From Alphaproteobacteria bacterium (lineage in GTDB: Bacteria > Pseudomonadota > Alphaproteobacteria > UBA828): DNA of 64,000 nucleotides. The position numbers and the translations under genes are program-made. Shown one piece after another: positions 10,229 to 20,862 of this stretch (its first letter is position 1; each line of letters begins with the position of its first letter). Below the pieces are notes generated by a model. It did not search any database, was not told the DNA's origin, and saw only the letters and a list, made by a program, of their open reading frames with translations. The stretch lies in NCBI GenBank assembly GCA_965237415.1, contig CBDEFM010000002.1, positions 2,848,001 to 2,912,000 of the forward strand, written 5' to 3'.

Positions 10229-11174
10229 AGGTTTGCCTCAGGCGGCGGAAGAAGAGCGTGACCACGATCATCACCACGATCAGCAGCAGGTAGGCCATGG
10301 CCGACGCATAGCCGAAGTCGTTCAGCTTGAAGCCGCGGGTGAACGCCAGATAGCTGTACGACTGGGTGGCGATGCCGGGCCCGCCCTTGGTCATCGTCGC
10401 GATGATGTCGAAGAGCTTGACCGCCTCCGCGAGGCGCAGCAGCAGCACGATGATGATGACCGGCTGAATCATCGGAATCACGACGATGCGCCACAGGTCC
10501 CAGGCCGAGCCGCTGTCTAATCGCGCGCATTCCACAAGATCGTCGGGGATGCTCTGCAGCGCGGCGAGGAACACAAGGAAACAGAACGGCGTCCACTGCC
10601 ATATATCGACGATAATTACCGATACGACCGCCCAATCCGGGTGCGACAACCATGGTATGCCCATGAATTCGAGCGGCCCGCCGATCTCGTAGAAGACGGT
10701 GAAGAACAGGTAGCCGACCGCGATCGGGGTCGCGAAGATCGGCAATATCATGATCGTTCGCAGCACCGATCGCCCGAAGATGTATCGGTGGAAGAGGAAG
10801 GCGAGCAGGAATCCCAGCACAATCTCGACGGTCACCGCAGTGAACACGAAGATCGCAGTGAGCTTCACCGCCGCCCCCACCTCCTCGTCGCCGAAGGCGC
10901 GGACGAAACTGGCGAAGCCGTTCCAGGTGAAGTTGGTCTGAAGATTGCGGTGCACCACGGTCTTGGTGCGCGGCTCACCGCTCTTCTTGAGCACGGGCTC
11001 GCCCGCGTCGTTGAGCACCGGCACCTTCTCGCGCCCGGTGACCACGACCTTGCGATCGACATCGTGTAAGCTGAGGTAGAGCGAATAGCCGAGCGGGAAA
11101 ACGGTGAAAGCCAGCACCCAGAAGACGGCCGGCAGCAAGAAGGCGAACTTGACCGGCTTGTTCCAGCGGATCAT
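10221..11174 (-). CDS. Carbohydrate ABC transporter permease (MalF-like)
   Basis: DIWQWTPF, LQSIPDDLVECARLD, TKGGPG; overlaps the next gene. Confidence 0.93.
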   Translation of the reverse strand: MIRWNKPVKFAFLLPAVFWVLAFTVFPLGYSLYLSLHDVDRKVVVTGREKVPVLNDAGEPVLKKSGEPRTKTVVHRNLQTNFTWNGFASFVRAFGDEEVGAAVKLTAIFVFTAVTVEIVLGFLLAFLFHRYIFGRSVLRTIMILPIFATPIAVGYLFFTVFYEIGGPLEFMGIPWLSHPDWAVVSVIIVDIWQWTPFCFLVFLAALQSIPDDLVECARLDSGSAWDLWRIVVIPMIQPVIIIVLLLRLAEAVKLFDIIATMTKGGPGIATQSYSYLAFTRGFKLNDFGYASAMAYLLLIVVMIVVTLFFRRLRQTYA

Positions 11175-11209
11175 GGCTGGCTAATACCGCTCATTCCGAG
11201 GGTAGCAGC

Positions 11210-11257
11210 GGGGTGCAGGGCCCGCGCGGCGTACGCGCCGACGCTGCCCTGCACCCC
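11210..11257. repeat. Intergenic inverted repeat between binding-protein and permease genes
   Basis: GGGGTGCAGGGC ... GCCCTGCACCCC, 12-bp perfect stem. Confidence 0.65.
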
Positions 11258-11274
11258 TCCGGATGGTCGATTAT

Positions 11275-12918
11275 CTACCCGCCGTAGCCGATAGCTTCCT
11301 GATACTGCTTGAGCTGCTTGTCACGGCCCTGGCGGTCGGTGATTTCCTCCCAGGTCGCGGCAGTATCGGAGAGCGCCTCTTGTGCGGTCTTCTGGGCGCT
11401 CATGGCCGCCGACAGGTTCTTGTCCATGATGTCCCAGTACTCGGGCGCACCCTCGATCCTGAGGTAGGTCAGGATCGTCGGCGCGGTGAAGTTATCGTAA
11501 TAGGCCTGCGTGTACTCGGCGACATCGTCGGGATGCCAGCCTGCGGCCACGTAGTCCTCGATCTTCGCCTCGCCCAGCGGCTCCAGGAACTGGTAGTAGT
11601 AGCCCGGATCGACGCCGGTCCAGCCGTTATACGCGCCCCAGTTCGACGACGGCTTGATCGCCATCAGCGACAGGAACGAATAGGCGGCATCCGGGTTCTC
11701 CGAGAACGCCGAGATCACGCCGTGCCACGAGCCGCCGGTGGTGTTGCCGACCGGCTGCGGGTCGTCGGTCTCGACCCAGGCGCCGTTCTCGTGATCCCAG
11801 TACTTGTTGGAGGAGGGCATCATGGCCGAGCCGCAGATGCCCTTGATCTTGGAGCGCGACTCATCCTGGCAGAGCGAGCCCACGTCGCCCCAGCTGAACA
11901 CGAACACCGACTTGCCGCGCAGGAAGTAGTCCCACGCCTCGCCGAGGCTCCAGCCCACCTGCGCCTCGGGCCCGGTCTTGTGCAGCTCCTGCAGGAACTC
12001 AAGCGCCGCGACGTGGCCGGGGCTGTCGATCAGCGGGGTCATGTCGGTGGGATCGAACCAGTAGACGTTTTGGTAACGGGTCACCGCCTCGCCCGGAGTC
12101 ATGGCGAAGGACGCGGACAGCGACTGGAAGTGATAATGCCCCTGCTCGCCGACCTTGAGATGGAGGACGGTGCCGTGATCGGGCTCGTCGTCGTTCGCAT
12201 CCCAATTCTTGCCCGCGAAGAACTGCGAGATGTCGAGGAGCTGCTGCCAGGTCTTGGGCGGGACCTGCATGTCGTAGCCCCGCTCCGCCTTGAACGCAGC
12301 CTGCCACTCGGGATCGTTGAGCACGTCGCGGCGGTAGTAGAGGACCTGGCCGTCGGCGTCGTTGAGCACGCCGTAGCCCGTGTCCCCCCAACTGTGCAGC
12401 GTCTTCAGCGAGGCCGGCATGGAATCGTAGGTCCACTGCGGATGCTCGCCGCTCTCCATGAACTCCTCGATGGGGATCATGTAGTCGCCGCCGATCAGGT
12501 CGCCGTAGAAGAACGCGCCGACGATGATCGCGTCGTAGAGGCCGGTGCCCTGGCGCAGATCGAGCATCATCTTGGCGTAGAGGTCGGTGATCGGGGTGAG
12601 CGCGATATCCAGCGTGCCGCCGGATAGCTCCTCCCAGATCGGGCGGAAGCTGTGGATCGGCCCCGAGATCCCGCCGCGCGGCCCGGAATCGAGGGTGAGG
12701 ATCGTGACCGTGGTTCCCTCGAAGGGCTTCTCGCCGGGCCCGAACAGGCTGCCGAGCTCCTCCTGCGAGGTCTTGATGACCGCGCCGTCCTCCATGATGA
12801 GGTCGACCGTGCCGTCGTCGTGCCAGGCGACGTGGCTGTCCTGCGCCTGCGCATTTGCTGCGGTCAGCGCGGCCAGTGCCACGCCTGCCGAAATCAAACC
12901 GGCTCGTAACGCCTTCAT
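11275..12918 (-). CDS. Carbohydrate ABC transporter substrate-binding protein
   Basis: Signal peptide; DADGQVLYYRRD, PPKTW motifs; heads the ABC operon. Confidence 0.9.
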   Translation of the reverse strand: MKALRAGLISAGVALAALTAANAQAQDSHVAWHDDGTVDLIMEDGAVIKTSQEELGSLFGPGEKPFEGTTVTILTLDSGPRGGISGPIHSFRPIWEELSGGTLDIALTPITDLYAKMMLDLRQGTGLYDAIIVGAFFYGDLIGGDYMIPIEEFMESGEHPQWTYDSMPASLKTLHSWGDTGYGVLNDADGQVLYYRRDVLNDPEWQAAFKAERGYDMQVPPKTWQQLLDISQFFAGKNWDANDDEPDHGTVLHLKVGEQGHYHFQSLSASFAMTPGEAVTRYQNVYWFDPTDMTPLIDSPGHVAALEFLQELHKTGPEAQVGWSLGEAWDYFLRGKSVFVFSWGDVGSLCQDESRSKIKGICGSAMMPSSNKYWDHENGAWVETDDPQPVGNTTGGSWHGVISAFSENPDAAYSFLSLMAIKPSSNWGAYNGWTGVDPGYYYQFLEPLGEAKIEDYVAAGWHPDDVAEYTQAYYDNFTAPTILTYLRIEGAPEYWDIMDKNLSAAMSAQKTAQEALSDTAATWEEITDRQGRDKQLKQYQEAIGYGG

Positions 12919-12975
12919 CTCTTCACTCTCCCTAGTGGTGGACGGTCCTCACCGCCTCTTGGGCATGGTGTGCGG

Positions 12976-13003
12976 AATATAGCCGACGCAGCCGGGACGG
13001 CAA
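12976..13003 (-). promoter_or_regulatory. Putative sigma70 promoter for the sugar ABC operon
   Basis: Minus strand TTGCCG-N16-TATATT upstream of the SBP start. Confidence 0.35.
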
Positions 13004-13042
13004 GCCAATCGCCGAGGCAGCGCGCGTTCGGACGCGCCGCCC

Positions 13043-13732
13043 CTACATCACGAGGGCAATCGGCCGGACCGGGCAGCCGGTCCCGTCCCGCAGCTTGAGC
13101 GGCGCGGCGACGAACAGGAACTCCTTGCCCGCGAGAGCGCCCAGATTGCACATCTGCTGGACCATGCAGATATTGGCTTCCAGCCATATGCGATGGGTGG
13201 GCCACCACCACTCGGCGGGGTCGTCCATGCCGATCAGGTCGGTGCCGAAGAGCGCGATCTCCTGCTCCACCAGCCACGTGGCCGTCTCCGTCGGCACGAA
13301 CGGCCGCTCCTTGGTGAAGCCGGGCTTGCCCCAGTCGTCCTCGACCCCCGCCCAGACCAGCAGTGCCGTGCCGGGTTGAATCGCGCGCCCCGAGGCCTCG
13401 GCCGCAGCTTCGAGATCGGCGATCGCGATCGCCTCGCCGTTCCCCTTGTGGGTGAGATCCAGCAGATGGCCGGGCAGCACCAGGCGCTCCAGCGGCACGT
13501 CGGCGACGTCGGTGGCGCCCCGCGTGCAATGGCGCGGCACATCCAGGTGCGTGCCGCAATGCTCCGGCACCAGGAGCATGCGGGATTCCATCGAGATCTT
13601 GCCGCCGCTGACCGTCTCCAGATCGTCGAAGGAACTGACCGGCCAGAACGCCACGGCCGCGCCGCCGATGTTCGGCATGTTGTGGAACATTTCCCGGCCG
13701 AGATCGACGATCTCCTTCGGCACCATGGTCAT
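13043..13732 (-). CDS. Cyclase family metal-dependent hydrolase (kynurenine formamidase/isatin hydrolase-like)
   Basis: EHCGTHLDVPRH (HxGTHxDxPxH) and PLKL..GTGCPVR. Confidence 0.9.
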   Translation of the reverse strand: MTMVPKEIVDLGREMFHNMPNIGGAAVAFWPVSSFDDLETVSGGKISMESRMLLVPEHCGTHLDVPRHCTRGATDVADVPLERLVLPGHLLDLTHKGNGEAIAIADLEAAAEASGRAIQPGTALLVWAGVEDDWGKPGFTKERPFVPTETATWLVEQEIALFGTDLIGMDDPAEWWWPTHRIWLEANICMVQQMCNLGALAGKEFLFVAAPLKLRDGTGCPVRPIALVM

Positions 13733-13950
13733 CGCCCGTCTCCCTTGTCTTGACCGGCGTTCGAGGGGCCGGCCGCGTTCAGCGAGGTCATAAGGTTGCC
13801 GGAGCATAACCCGCATTTCTCGCCAAGGTCATGGCCTGCGCGGCGCGCTGAGGGCCATGCGTCTCCCGCCTCCGTTGCCTCGCTAACGGCGGACTCATAA
13901 TCTTGCGCCCGCAACCGCGGCGCCCGCAGGCAGCCCGTTTGGAGGACGAC

Positions 13951-14609
13951 ATGGGTGAAACGATCGAATTCGACTGCCCCGACGGCAGCACGGCGGACGG
14001 TTACCTGGCGGAAGCTCCGGGATCGCGCTCGGGCGTCGTCGTCATCCAGGAATGGTGGGGCCTCAACGATCAGATCAAGGGAACGGCCGACCGCTTCGCC
14101 GAGGCCGGTTTCACCGCGCTGGCACCGATCTCTACCACGGCAGGGTGACGCAGAAGCCCGACGAGGCCAACCACATGATGGAAGGGCTGGCCTGGGTCGG
14201 GGCGACCGAGGTCGAGATCCACGGCGCGTGCAGGAGGCTCAAGGAAAGTTGCGACAAGGTCGGGGTGACGGGGTTCTGCCTGGGCGGCGCGCTCACCGTC
14301 ATCGCCTGCGTGAAAATCCCCGAATGCGACGCCGGCGTCTCATTCTACGGCATCCCGCCCAAGGAGCAGGCCGACCCGGCCAACATCGAGGTGCCGTTCC
14401 AGGGCCATTTCGCGAACGCCGACTGGTGGTGCACGCCGGAGCTCGTTGCGGCGCTGGAGAACACCATGAAGGGTTCGGCGATGCCGGTGGAGATCTATCG
14501 CTACGACGCCGAGCACGCCTTCTTCAACGAGCAGGACGACGCCCACCACCCGGAGGCTGCCGCCCTCTCCTGGGAACGGACGCTGGCGTTCTTCCGCGCG
14601 CATCTCTGA
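13951..14609 (+). pseudogene. Dienelactone hydrolase family protein with a 1-bp frameshift near 14126 (real lesion or sequencing error)
   Basis: Frame 1 gives VIQEWWGLN...FTALAP; the next frame continues DLYHG...GFCLGG...HAFFNE; adding one base restores LAPDLY. Confidence 0.85.
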
Positions 14610-14626
14610 GGCGGCGCCAGTCCGCG

Positions 14627-15301
14627 TCAGGTCAGGCGTTCGAGCGCCTCGTCGGCCGTCATCACGTCGCCGTATGTCGCGAAGCAGACAGCGTAGGTCC
14701 AGGCGTCCTCCTCCGCCGAACGGCCGGCGTTCGCGTCCGAAATCATGACCGTCTTGAAGTCGTAGGCCGCCGCCTCGCGTGCCGTCGTCTCGCAGCAGAC
14801 GTTCGTGACCGTGCCGACGATGAGCACCGTGTCGACGCCAAGATCGTGCAGCACGCGTTCGAGGCGCCCCTGGCTGCCGATGAAGCCCCCGAACCGGTTC
14901 TTGTGAACGACCGGGTCGGCGTCGCGCACGTCGAGCGCAGGCCAGATCGCGTGGCCCTCGGCGCCCTCGCTGAGGCCGCCGCGAAAGACTGCCGCAGCCG
15001 CTTCGCCCAGGACGATGTCGAGGTTGGGCCAGTTCTTGCCCTCCTCCGGACCGTAGGTCGAGACCACCCAGACGACGTGGCCGCCCCGCTCGCGAAGCGC
15101 CCCGGCGAGCCGATTGACCGTCGGCACGATCGCCCGTGCGCTCGGCATCTCCGACGGGCTACCCTCGCACATGAAATGGACCTGCAAGTCCACCACCAGG
15201 AGTGCCGTGCGTGGCGCGTCCAGACTTTCGTACGCGTGCAGCCTGCCGCGCCGACGCAGCACGCGATCGATGACGCGCTGAGGAATTTGCACCGGTTCCA
15301 T
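14627..15301 (-). CDS. Isochorismatase-family cysteine hydrolase (RutB/NicF/carbamoyl-amidase-like)
   Basis: Catalytic D (VVDLQ), K (HKNRF), C (TNVCCETTAR); GGAGG RBS. Confidence 0.9.
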   Translation of the reverse strand: MEPVQIPQRVIDRVLRRRGRLHAYESLDAPRTALLVVDLQVHFMCEGSPSEMPSARAIVPTVNRLAGALRERGGHVVWVVSTYGPEEGKNWPNLDIVLGEAAAAVFRGGLSEGAEGHAIWPALDVRDADPVVHKNRFGGFIGSQGRLERVLHDLGVDTVLIVGTVTNVCCETTAREAAAYDFKTVMISDANAGRSAEEDAWTYAVCFATYGDVMTADEALERLT

Positions 15302-15366
15302 GCCTACCTCCCGTCTCCAAGTAGAATGCCAAGCTAACGCCCCGCGGCAACGGAGAGAGATTAGCG

Positions 15367-16848
15367 ATGATCCGCAGCGGCGAGGAATACCTAGAATCAC
15401 TGCGTGACGGTCGCATCGTCTACATCGGCGGCGAGCGGGTCGACGACGTCACCACCCATCCCGGCTTCCGCAACGCGGCGCGCTCATACGCTAAGGTGTT
15501 CGATGCGCGCTTCGACCCCCGCTTCCGCGACCTGCTGAGCTTCGAGGAGGATGGCGCGCGTCACGCCATGTACTACCTGCGGCCCCGCTCGCGCGAGGAC
15601 CTGGAACGCCGGACGCGCTCGGCCGAGATCATCGCCGACCTCACCTACGGCATGATGGGCCGCTCGCCGGACTTCATCGGCGGCTACGTCTCAGGTGCCG
15701 CCATGCAGCCGGAGGTGTTCGACAGCGGGAGCCGGCCGTTTGCCGCCGACCTGCTCGCCTACTACGAGCAATGCAAGCGCGAGGACCTCTTTCTCTCCCA
15801 TGCGGTGACACCGCCGCCCGGCAGCAAGGACGAGAGCTTCGCAGGCCGCGCGGCCGACACGGTGCCGACGGCGCTCGCCGTCACGGCGGAGCGGGACGAC
15901 GGCGTGGTCCTGAGCGGCCTCAAGATGCTCGCGACCAGCGCCGCCTTCAGCGATCACGTCTGGATCGGCAACATTCAGCCGCTCGCCAAGGGCCACGAGA
16001 ATGAGTCGATCACCTGTATCATCCCGGCGAACGCACCGGGGCTCAGCCTCTGGTCGCGCAAACCGTTCGAGCGCTACGCCGTCAGCGAGATCGACAACCC
16101 GCTCGCCTACCGCTTCGACGAGAGCGATTGCATCGTCGTCTGCGACGGAGTCAAGGTCCCCTGGGAGCATGTCTTCACCCATGACGACATCGAGCTCTCC
16201 CGCCAGATCTATTTCCGCACCCCGGCCCACACGCTCTCGAACCATCAGGCCTGCGTCCGCTACCGCTCGAAGCTGCGGCTGCTCCTCGGTCTCGCGCGGC
16301 GGATGACGGAATCGTCGGGCATCGACACGGTGCCTGCGGTGAGGGACGAAATCGGTCACCTCGCCGCGCAATACGGCATGATCGACGGAATGATCCAGGG
16401 CCAGATCCACGACTTCGCAGACCTGGGCAACGGCTATGTGAACTACAACCGGCACATGATGTACGCCGCCATCTACTGGTGCACCCAGAACTACGATCAC
16501 ATCTGCTCCAAGGTGCGCGAGCTCTCGGGCGGCGGCGTTCTGCAGATGCCGGCGGACATCTCGGTCATGGAGAACGACGACACCCGACAAACCTTCGAGG
16601 CGCTGTGGCGGATGCCGGGCCACGGGGCGCTCGACCGGTTCAAGCTCTACAAGCTGGCGTGGGACCTGCTTGGCAGCGATTTCGCCGGCCGCCACATGCA
16701 ATACGAGCGTTTTTACATGGGGCCGGCCTACGTCGTGCGCAGCCACAACCACCGCGAATGCGACTGGGGATCGGTGCTGGATTACGTGGACGAACTGCTG
16801 CAGAGTTACGGCCCCGGTCCCATGCTCGACAAGGGTGCGGCCGGCTAA
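15367..16848 (+). CDS. Two-component flavin-dependent monooxygenase, oxygenase subunit (HpaB family)
   Basis: GEEYLESLRDGR.VYIGGERVDDVTTHP, GRSPDF, RFDESD, AWDLLGSDFAGRH..YERFY. Confidence 0.92.
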   Translation: MIRSGEEYLESLRDGRIVYIGGERVDDVTTHPGFRNAARSYAKVFDARFDPRFRDLLSFEEDGARHAMYYLRPRSREDLERRTRSAEIIADLTYGMMGRSPDFIGGYVSGAAMQPEVFDSGSRPFAADLLAYYEQCKREDLFLSHAVTPPPGSKDESFAGRAADTVPTALAVTAERDDGVVLSGLKMLATSAAFSDHVWIGNIQPLAKGHENESITCIIPANAPGLSLWSRKPFERYAVSEIDNPLAYRFDESDCIVVCDGVKVPWEHVFTHDDIELSRQIYFRTPAHTLSNHQACVRYRSKLRLLLGLARRMTESSGIDTVPAVRDEIGHLAAQYGMIDGMIQGQIHDFADLGNGYVNYNRHMMYAAIYWCTQNYDHICSKVRELSGGGVLQMPADISVMENDDTRQTFEALWRMPGHGALDRFKLYKLAWDLLGSDFAGRHMQYERFYMGPAYVVRSHNHRECDWGSVLDYVDELLQSYGPGPMLDKGAAG

Positions 16849-16866
16849 CGCGCACCGCACGCGGTC

Positions 16867-18951
16867 ATGGGAGGGCATCAGGTGCGACTTTCCGTCGATG
16901 TCGGGGGGACCTTCACCGACCTCGTGCTCGAGGCTGGGGACGGGACGTTCCGGCTCTTCAAGTCGCCCACGCGGCCGGACGATCCGGTGCAAGGCTGCCT
17001 CGAGGTGGTGCAGCAGGCGGCGGACGCGGACGGGCGCGATCGGGCGGCCCTGCTCGGCGAATGCGAGCTGTTCCTGCACGCCACCACGCGCGCGACCAAC
17101 GCCGTGCTGACCGGCCGCACGGCGCGGACCGCCTTCCTCACCACCGAGGGACATCCGGACATATTCCTGCTGCGGGAGGGCGGCCGGGTCGATCCCTTCG
17201 ATAACACCGTGCCGTTCCCCGAGCCGCTGGTGCCGCGCCGCCTGACCTTCGAGATTCCGGAGCGGATCCGCGCCGACGGCGTGGTCCACAAGCCGTTGGA
17301 CGAAGACGCCGTCCGCGCCGTCATCGAGCGGCTCAAGGCAGCCCAAGTCGAAGCCGTCGGGGTTTGCCTGATCTGGTCGATCGTCAACCCCGACCACGAG
17401 GAACGGGTCGGCGCGCTCCTGGACGCCCATTTGCCGGGCGTGCCCTACACGCTTTCCCACCGCCTCAACCCCTCGTTGCGGGAGTACCGGCGGGCGTCAA
17501 GCGCCTGCATCGACGCGTCGTTGAAGCCGGTCATGACCGGCTACCTGTCGTCCCTGGAAGCGCGGCTGCGCGAAGCCGGTTTCAACGGCCGGCTGCTCAC
17601 CGTGACCTCCCAGGGCGGTGTCGTCGACGCGGCAGACCTCGCGGCGACGCCGATCCACTCCCTGAATTCCGGCCCGGCGATGGCGCCTGTCGCGGGGCGA
17701 GTTTTCGCCGCCGCCGAGGGCGACGAGGACATGGCCATCGTCGCCGACACCGGCGGCACCAGCTACGACGTCTCGCTCGTCCGCAAGGGGCGGATTCCCT
17801 GGACCCGGGAGACATGGCTCGGGCCGCGCATTCGGGGGCACATGACGGGGTTTCCCTCCGTCGACGTGCGCAGCGTCGGCGCCGGCGGCGGCTCCATCGC
17901 CTGGGTCGATCCGGGCGGCATGCTTCATGTCGGCCCGGACAGCGCGGGGTCCGTGCCGGGCCCGGCCTGCTACGGCCAGGGCGGCAGCGAGCCGACCGTG
18001 ACCGACGCCGCGCTCGCCCTCGGCTATATCGATGCCGACTTCTTCCTGGGCGGTGCCATCGCGCTCGACACGGATCGCGCGACGGCGGCCATCGCGGAAA
18101 AGATCGGGGCTCCCTTGGGCGTGGGCGCGCACGCGGCTGCGGCCGCCGTCCTCGATGTCGTCAGCCAGAACATGGTCCATGCTATCGAGAACATCACGAT
18201 CAACCAGGGTGTCGATCCGCGCGAGGCCGTGCTGATCGGCGGCGGCGGCGCGGCGGGTCTCAACTCCGTGCAGGTCGCGCGACGGCTTGGCTGCAAGCGC
18301 GTCGTCATCCCCGACGTCGGCGCGACGCTCAGCGCCGCCGGCGCGCTGATGTCCGATCTCAGCACCGAGTTCAGCCGCACCACCTTCACGACCAGCGACC
18401 GCTTCGCGACCGAGGCGGTCAATGCGACCCTGCAGGAGCTGGAGGCACTGTGCCGGGCCTTCCTCGAGGGCCGCGGCACCGCCGGGATGGAGCAGAGCAT
18501 CGAGTTCTCGGTCGAGGCCCGCTATCCGCACCAGGTCTGGGAGATCGAGGTGCCGCTGGCGAAAGGCCGCTTTGACGATCCGGCGGATGTCGAGCGGCTG
18601 GTGGCGGACCTCCACGACCTGCATGAGGAGATGTTCGCCCTGGCAGATCGCGATTCGCATGTCGAAGCGGTCACGTGGCGCGCGCGGGCGCGCTGCGCCA
18701 TCGGCCGCCTGACCGACGCCCGCGCCGTGGAGCCTGCGGCCGATGGCGAGAGCCGCTGGACGCGGGTCGCCTACTTCCCCGGGGTGGGGTTGGTCGACGC
18801 CCACGTGCACCGATTGCAGGCGATGGCCGGCGGCGAACGCGTAGACGGCCCGGCGATCGTCGAATCGAGCTTCACCACCGTGGTCATCGATCCGGGTGCG
18901 TCAGTGGTCCGCCCGGCGGGCGGCAATCTGATCGTCGACGTGAGCGGCTAG
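16867..18951 (+). CDS. Hydantoinase/oxoprolinase subunit A (ATP-binding)
   Basis: VDVGGTFTD, HATTRATNA, REYRR, SGPA, DTGGTSYD, GAGGGSIA, GPACYG, PTVTDA. Confidence 0.95.
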   Translation: MGGHQVRLSVDVGGTFTDLVLEAGDGTFRLFKSPTRPDDPVQGCLEVVQQAADADGRDRAALLGECELFLHATTRATNAVLTGRTARTAFLTTEGHPDIFLLREGGRVDPFDNTVPFPEPLVPRRLTFEIPERIRADGVVHKPLDEDAVRAVIERLKAAQVEAVGVCLIWSIVNPDHEERVGALLDAHLPGVPYTLSHRLNPSLREYRRASSACIDASLKPVMTGYLSSLEARLREAGFNGRLLTVTSQGGVVDAADLAATPIHSLNSGPAMAPVAGRVFAAAEGDEDMAIVADTGGTSYDVSLVRKGRIPWTRETWLGPRIRGHMTGFPSVDVRSVGAGGGSIAWVDPGGMLHVGPDSAGSVPGPACYGQGGSEPTVTDAALALGYIDADFFLGGAIALDTDRATAAIAEKIGAPLGVGAHAAAAAVLDVVSQNMVHAIENITINQGVDPREAVLIGGGGAAGLNSVQVARRLGCKRVVIPDVGATLSAAGALMSDLSTEFSRTTFTTSDRFATEAVNATLQELEALCRAFLEGRGTAGMEQSIEFSVEARYPHQVWEIEVPLAKGRFDDPADVERLVADLHDLHEEMFALADRDSHVEAVTWRARARCAIGRLTDARAVEPAADGESRWTRVAYFPGVGLVDAHVHRLQAMAGGERVDGPAIVESSFTTVVIDPGASVVRPAGGNLIVDVSG

Positions 18952-18972
18952 AAGGACTGGGAGAACGGGACC

Positions 18973-20772
18973 ATGGCCAGAAACAACACGGCAAAGGGCG
19001 GAGACCGGACCTTCGACGGGGTCCGCTTGGCGGTGCTCTCCAAGCGCTTCGAAAGCGTGGCCTCGAAAATGGCTAATACCCTCCTGCGCACGGGTCGCTC
19101 GGGCGTGCTCAACATGGCGCGGGACTTCTCGTGCTGCGTCGTCACGGCCGATTGCGAGCTGATCTCGGCGGCCGAGTGCTACCCGATTCACGTCCTGCGC
19201 GGCGCGGACATCATGGCTGCGGTGATGAAGGAGTTTCACCCCGAGCTCAGGCGCGGCGACGCCTTCCTGCACAACTCGCCCTATCACGGCAACTCGCACG
19301 CAGCCGACCACGTGATCCTGGTGCCCGTCATCGACGACGACGGCGTGCACCGCTTCACCGTGCTCGCAAAGGCCCATCAGGCGGACTGCGGCAACTCCAT
19401 GGCGACCACGTACATGGGCGCCGCCCGGGACGTGTACGAAGAAGGCGCGCTGATATTCCCGGCCGTGCAGGTGCAGCGGGACTACGAAGACATCCAGGAC
19501 ATCATCCGGATGTGCGAGTTGCGCATCCGGGTTCCTTCGCAGTGGCGCGGCGACTACCTGGCCATGCTGGGCGCGGCGCGGATCGGCGAGCGCGCCATGC
19601 TCGAAATGGGCCGCGACGTGGGCTGGGACACGCTCGAGCACTACACGCGCGAATACTTCGACTACGGCGAATACCTGATGATCCAGGCGGTCCGCGAGAT
19701 GCCGAGCGGCAAGGCCAGCGCGACCGCCACCCACGACCCGGTTCCGGGAACGCCGGAGCACGGCATCACGGTCAAGGCCGAGGTTACCGTGGACAGCGAG
19801 AATGCGCGGATTTCCGTCGATCTGCGCGACAACCCGCAAGCCTATCCCTGCGGCCTCAATCTGTCCCAGGCGTGTGCGCTCTCCGCCTGCATGGTCGGCG
19901 TGTTCAACACGGTCGGCCACAAGGTCCCGCCCAATGCCGGCAGCTACCGGCGCATCGACGTGCTGCTCGGCGAAGGCACCGTCTGCGGCATCCCGCGCCA
20001 TCCCACCAGCACCTCGGTGGCGACGACCAATCTCGGCGACCGGGTGACCTGCGCGGTGCAGCGCGCGCTGGCCGACATCGGCGATGGCATCGGCATGGCG
20101 GACGGCGGCGCCGCGATACCAGCGACGGGGGCGGTGATCTCGGGTTCCGATCCACGCCACGGCGGCGCACCCTTCTGCAACGAGGTGATCCTGCTGGGTG
20201 GCAGCGGCCCCGGCACGCCCCACACCGACGGCTGGCTGACCATGCTGACCATGGGGAATGCCGGCATGCCGCTCGTCGACAGCATCGAGGTGGACGAGAT
20301 TCATCACCCCATGCTGGTCACGGAACGCCGGCTGATACCGGATTCGGAGGGTGAAGGCCGCTTCCGGGGCGGGCCCGGCTTCCGGGTGGAATACGGCCCG
20401 GTGGACTGCGATATGGAGCTCGGCTACGTCTGCGACGGCAGCCTGAACCCGGCCAAGGGTGCCCGTGGCGGCGGCGAGGGCTGCCCCGCACGCCACTACA
20501 AGAGGATCGAGGGGCAGGGCGAGCTGGTCGAGGTGCCGGATACCAGTGCCCAATATGTCCTCAAGCGCGGGGAGACGGTGATCTCCTACACACCCGGCGG
20601 CGGAGGCTACGGCCCGCCGCTCGAACGCGATCCCGAACGCGTGCAGAAGGACGTGACCGAGGGCTGGATCACGCGCGCCCGCGCCCACGACGTCTATGGC
20701 GTGATCATCGATTCGAGCGGTTCGGTCGACGCGGACGCGACTGCGGCGCGCCGGGCCGACATGGCTGGCTGA
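18973..20772 (+). CDS. Hydantoinase B/oxoprolinase subunit
   Basis: ARDFSC, HNSPYHGNSHAAD, HQADCG, EGRFRGG, TPGGGGYGPPLERD. Confidence 0.95.
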   Translation: MARNNTAKGGDRTFDGVRLAVLSKRFESVASKMANTLLRTGRSGVLNMARDFSCCVVTADCELISAAECYPIHVLRGADIMAAVMKEFHPELRRGDAFLHNSPYHGNSHAADHVILVPVIDDDGVHRFTVLAKAHQADCGNSMATTYMGAARDVYEEGALIFPAVQVQRDYEDIQDIIRMCELRIRVPSQWRGDYLAMLGAARIGERAMLEMGRDVGWDTLEHYTREYFDYGEYLMIQAVREMPSGKASATATHDPVPGTPEHGITVKAEVTVDSENARISVDLRDNPQAYPCGLNLSQACALSACMVGVFNTVGHKVPPNAGSYRRIDVLLGEGTVCGIPRHPTSTSVATTNLGDRVTCAVQRALADIGDGIGMADGGAAIPATGAVISGSDPRHGGAPFCNEVILLGGSGPGTPHTDGWLTMLTMGNAGMPLVDSIEVDEIHHPMLVTERRLIPDSEGEGRFRGGPGFRVEYGPVDCDMELGYVCDGSLNPAKGARGGGEGCPARHYKRIEGQGELVEVPDTSAQYVLKRGETVISYTPGGGGYGPPLERDPERVQKDVTEGWITRARAHDVYGVIIDSSGSVDADATAARRADMAG

Positions 20773-20862
20773 ACGGCAGGACCCGGGCGCGACGGAGGCA
20801 GGCCGTGACAGTGGCGAGAAATCCGGGCTAGGCTCAACGATACCGATAGAGGGAGGGACGCA

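Noticed and set aside
15316-15332. Sigma54-like TGGCAT-N5-TTGG on the minus strand
   Set aside because: Lacks the -12 GC and is too close to the RBS of the isochorismatase gene
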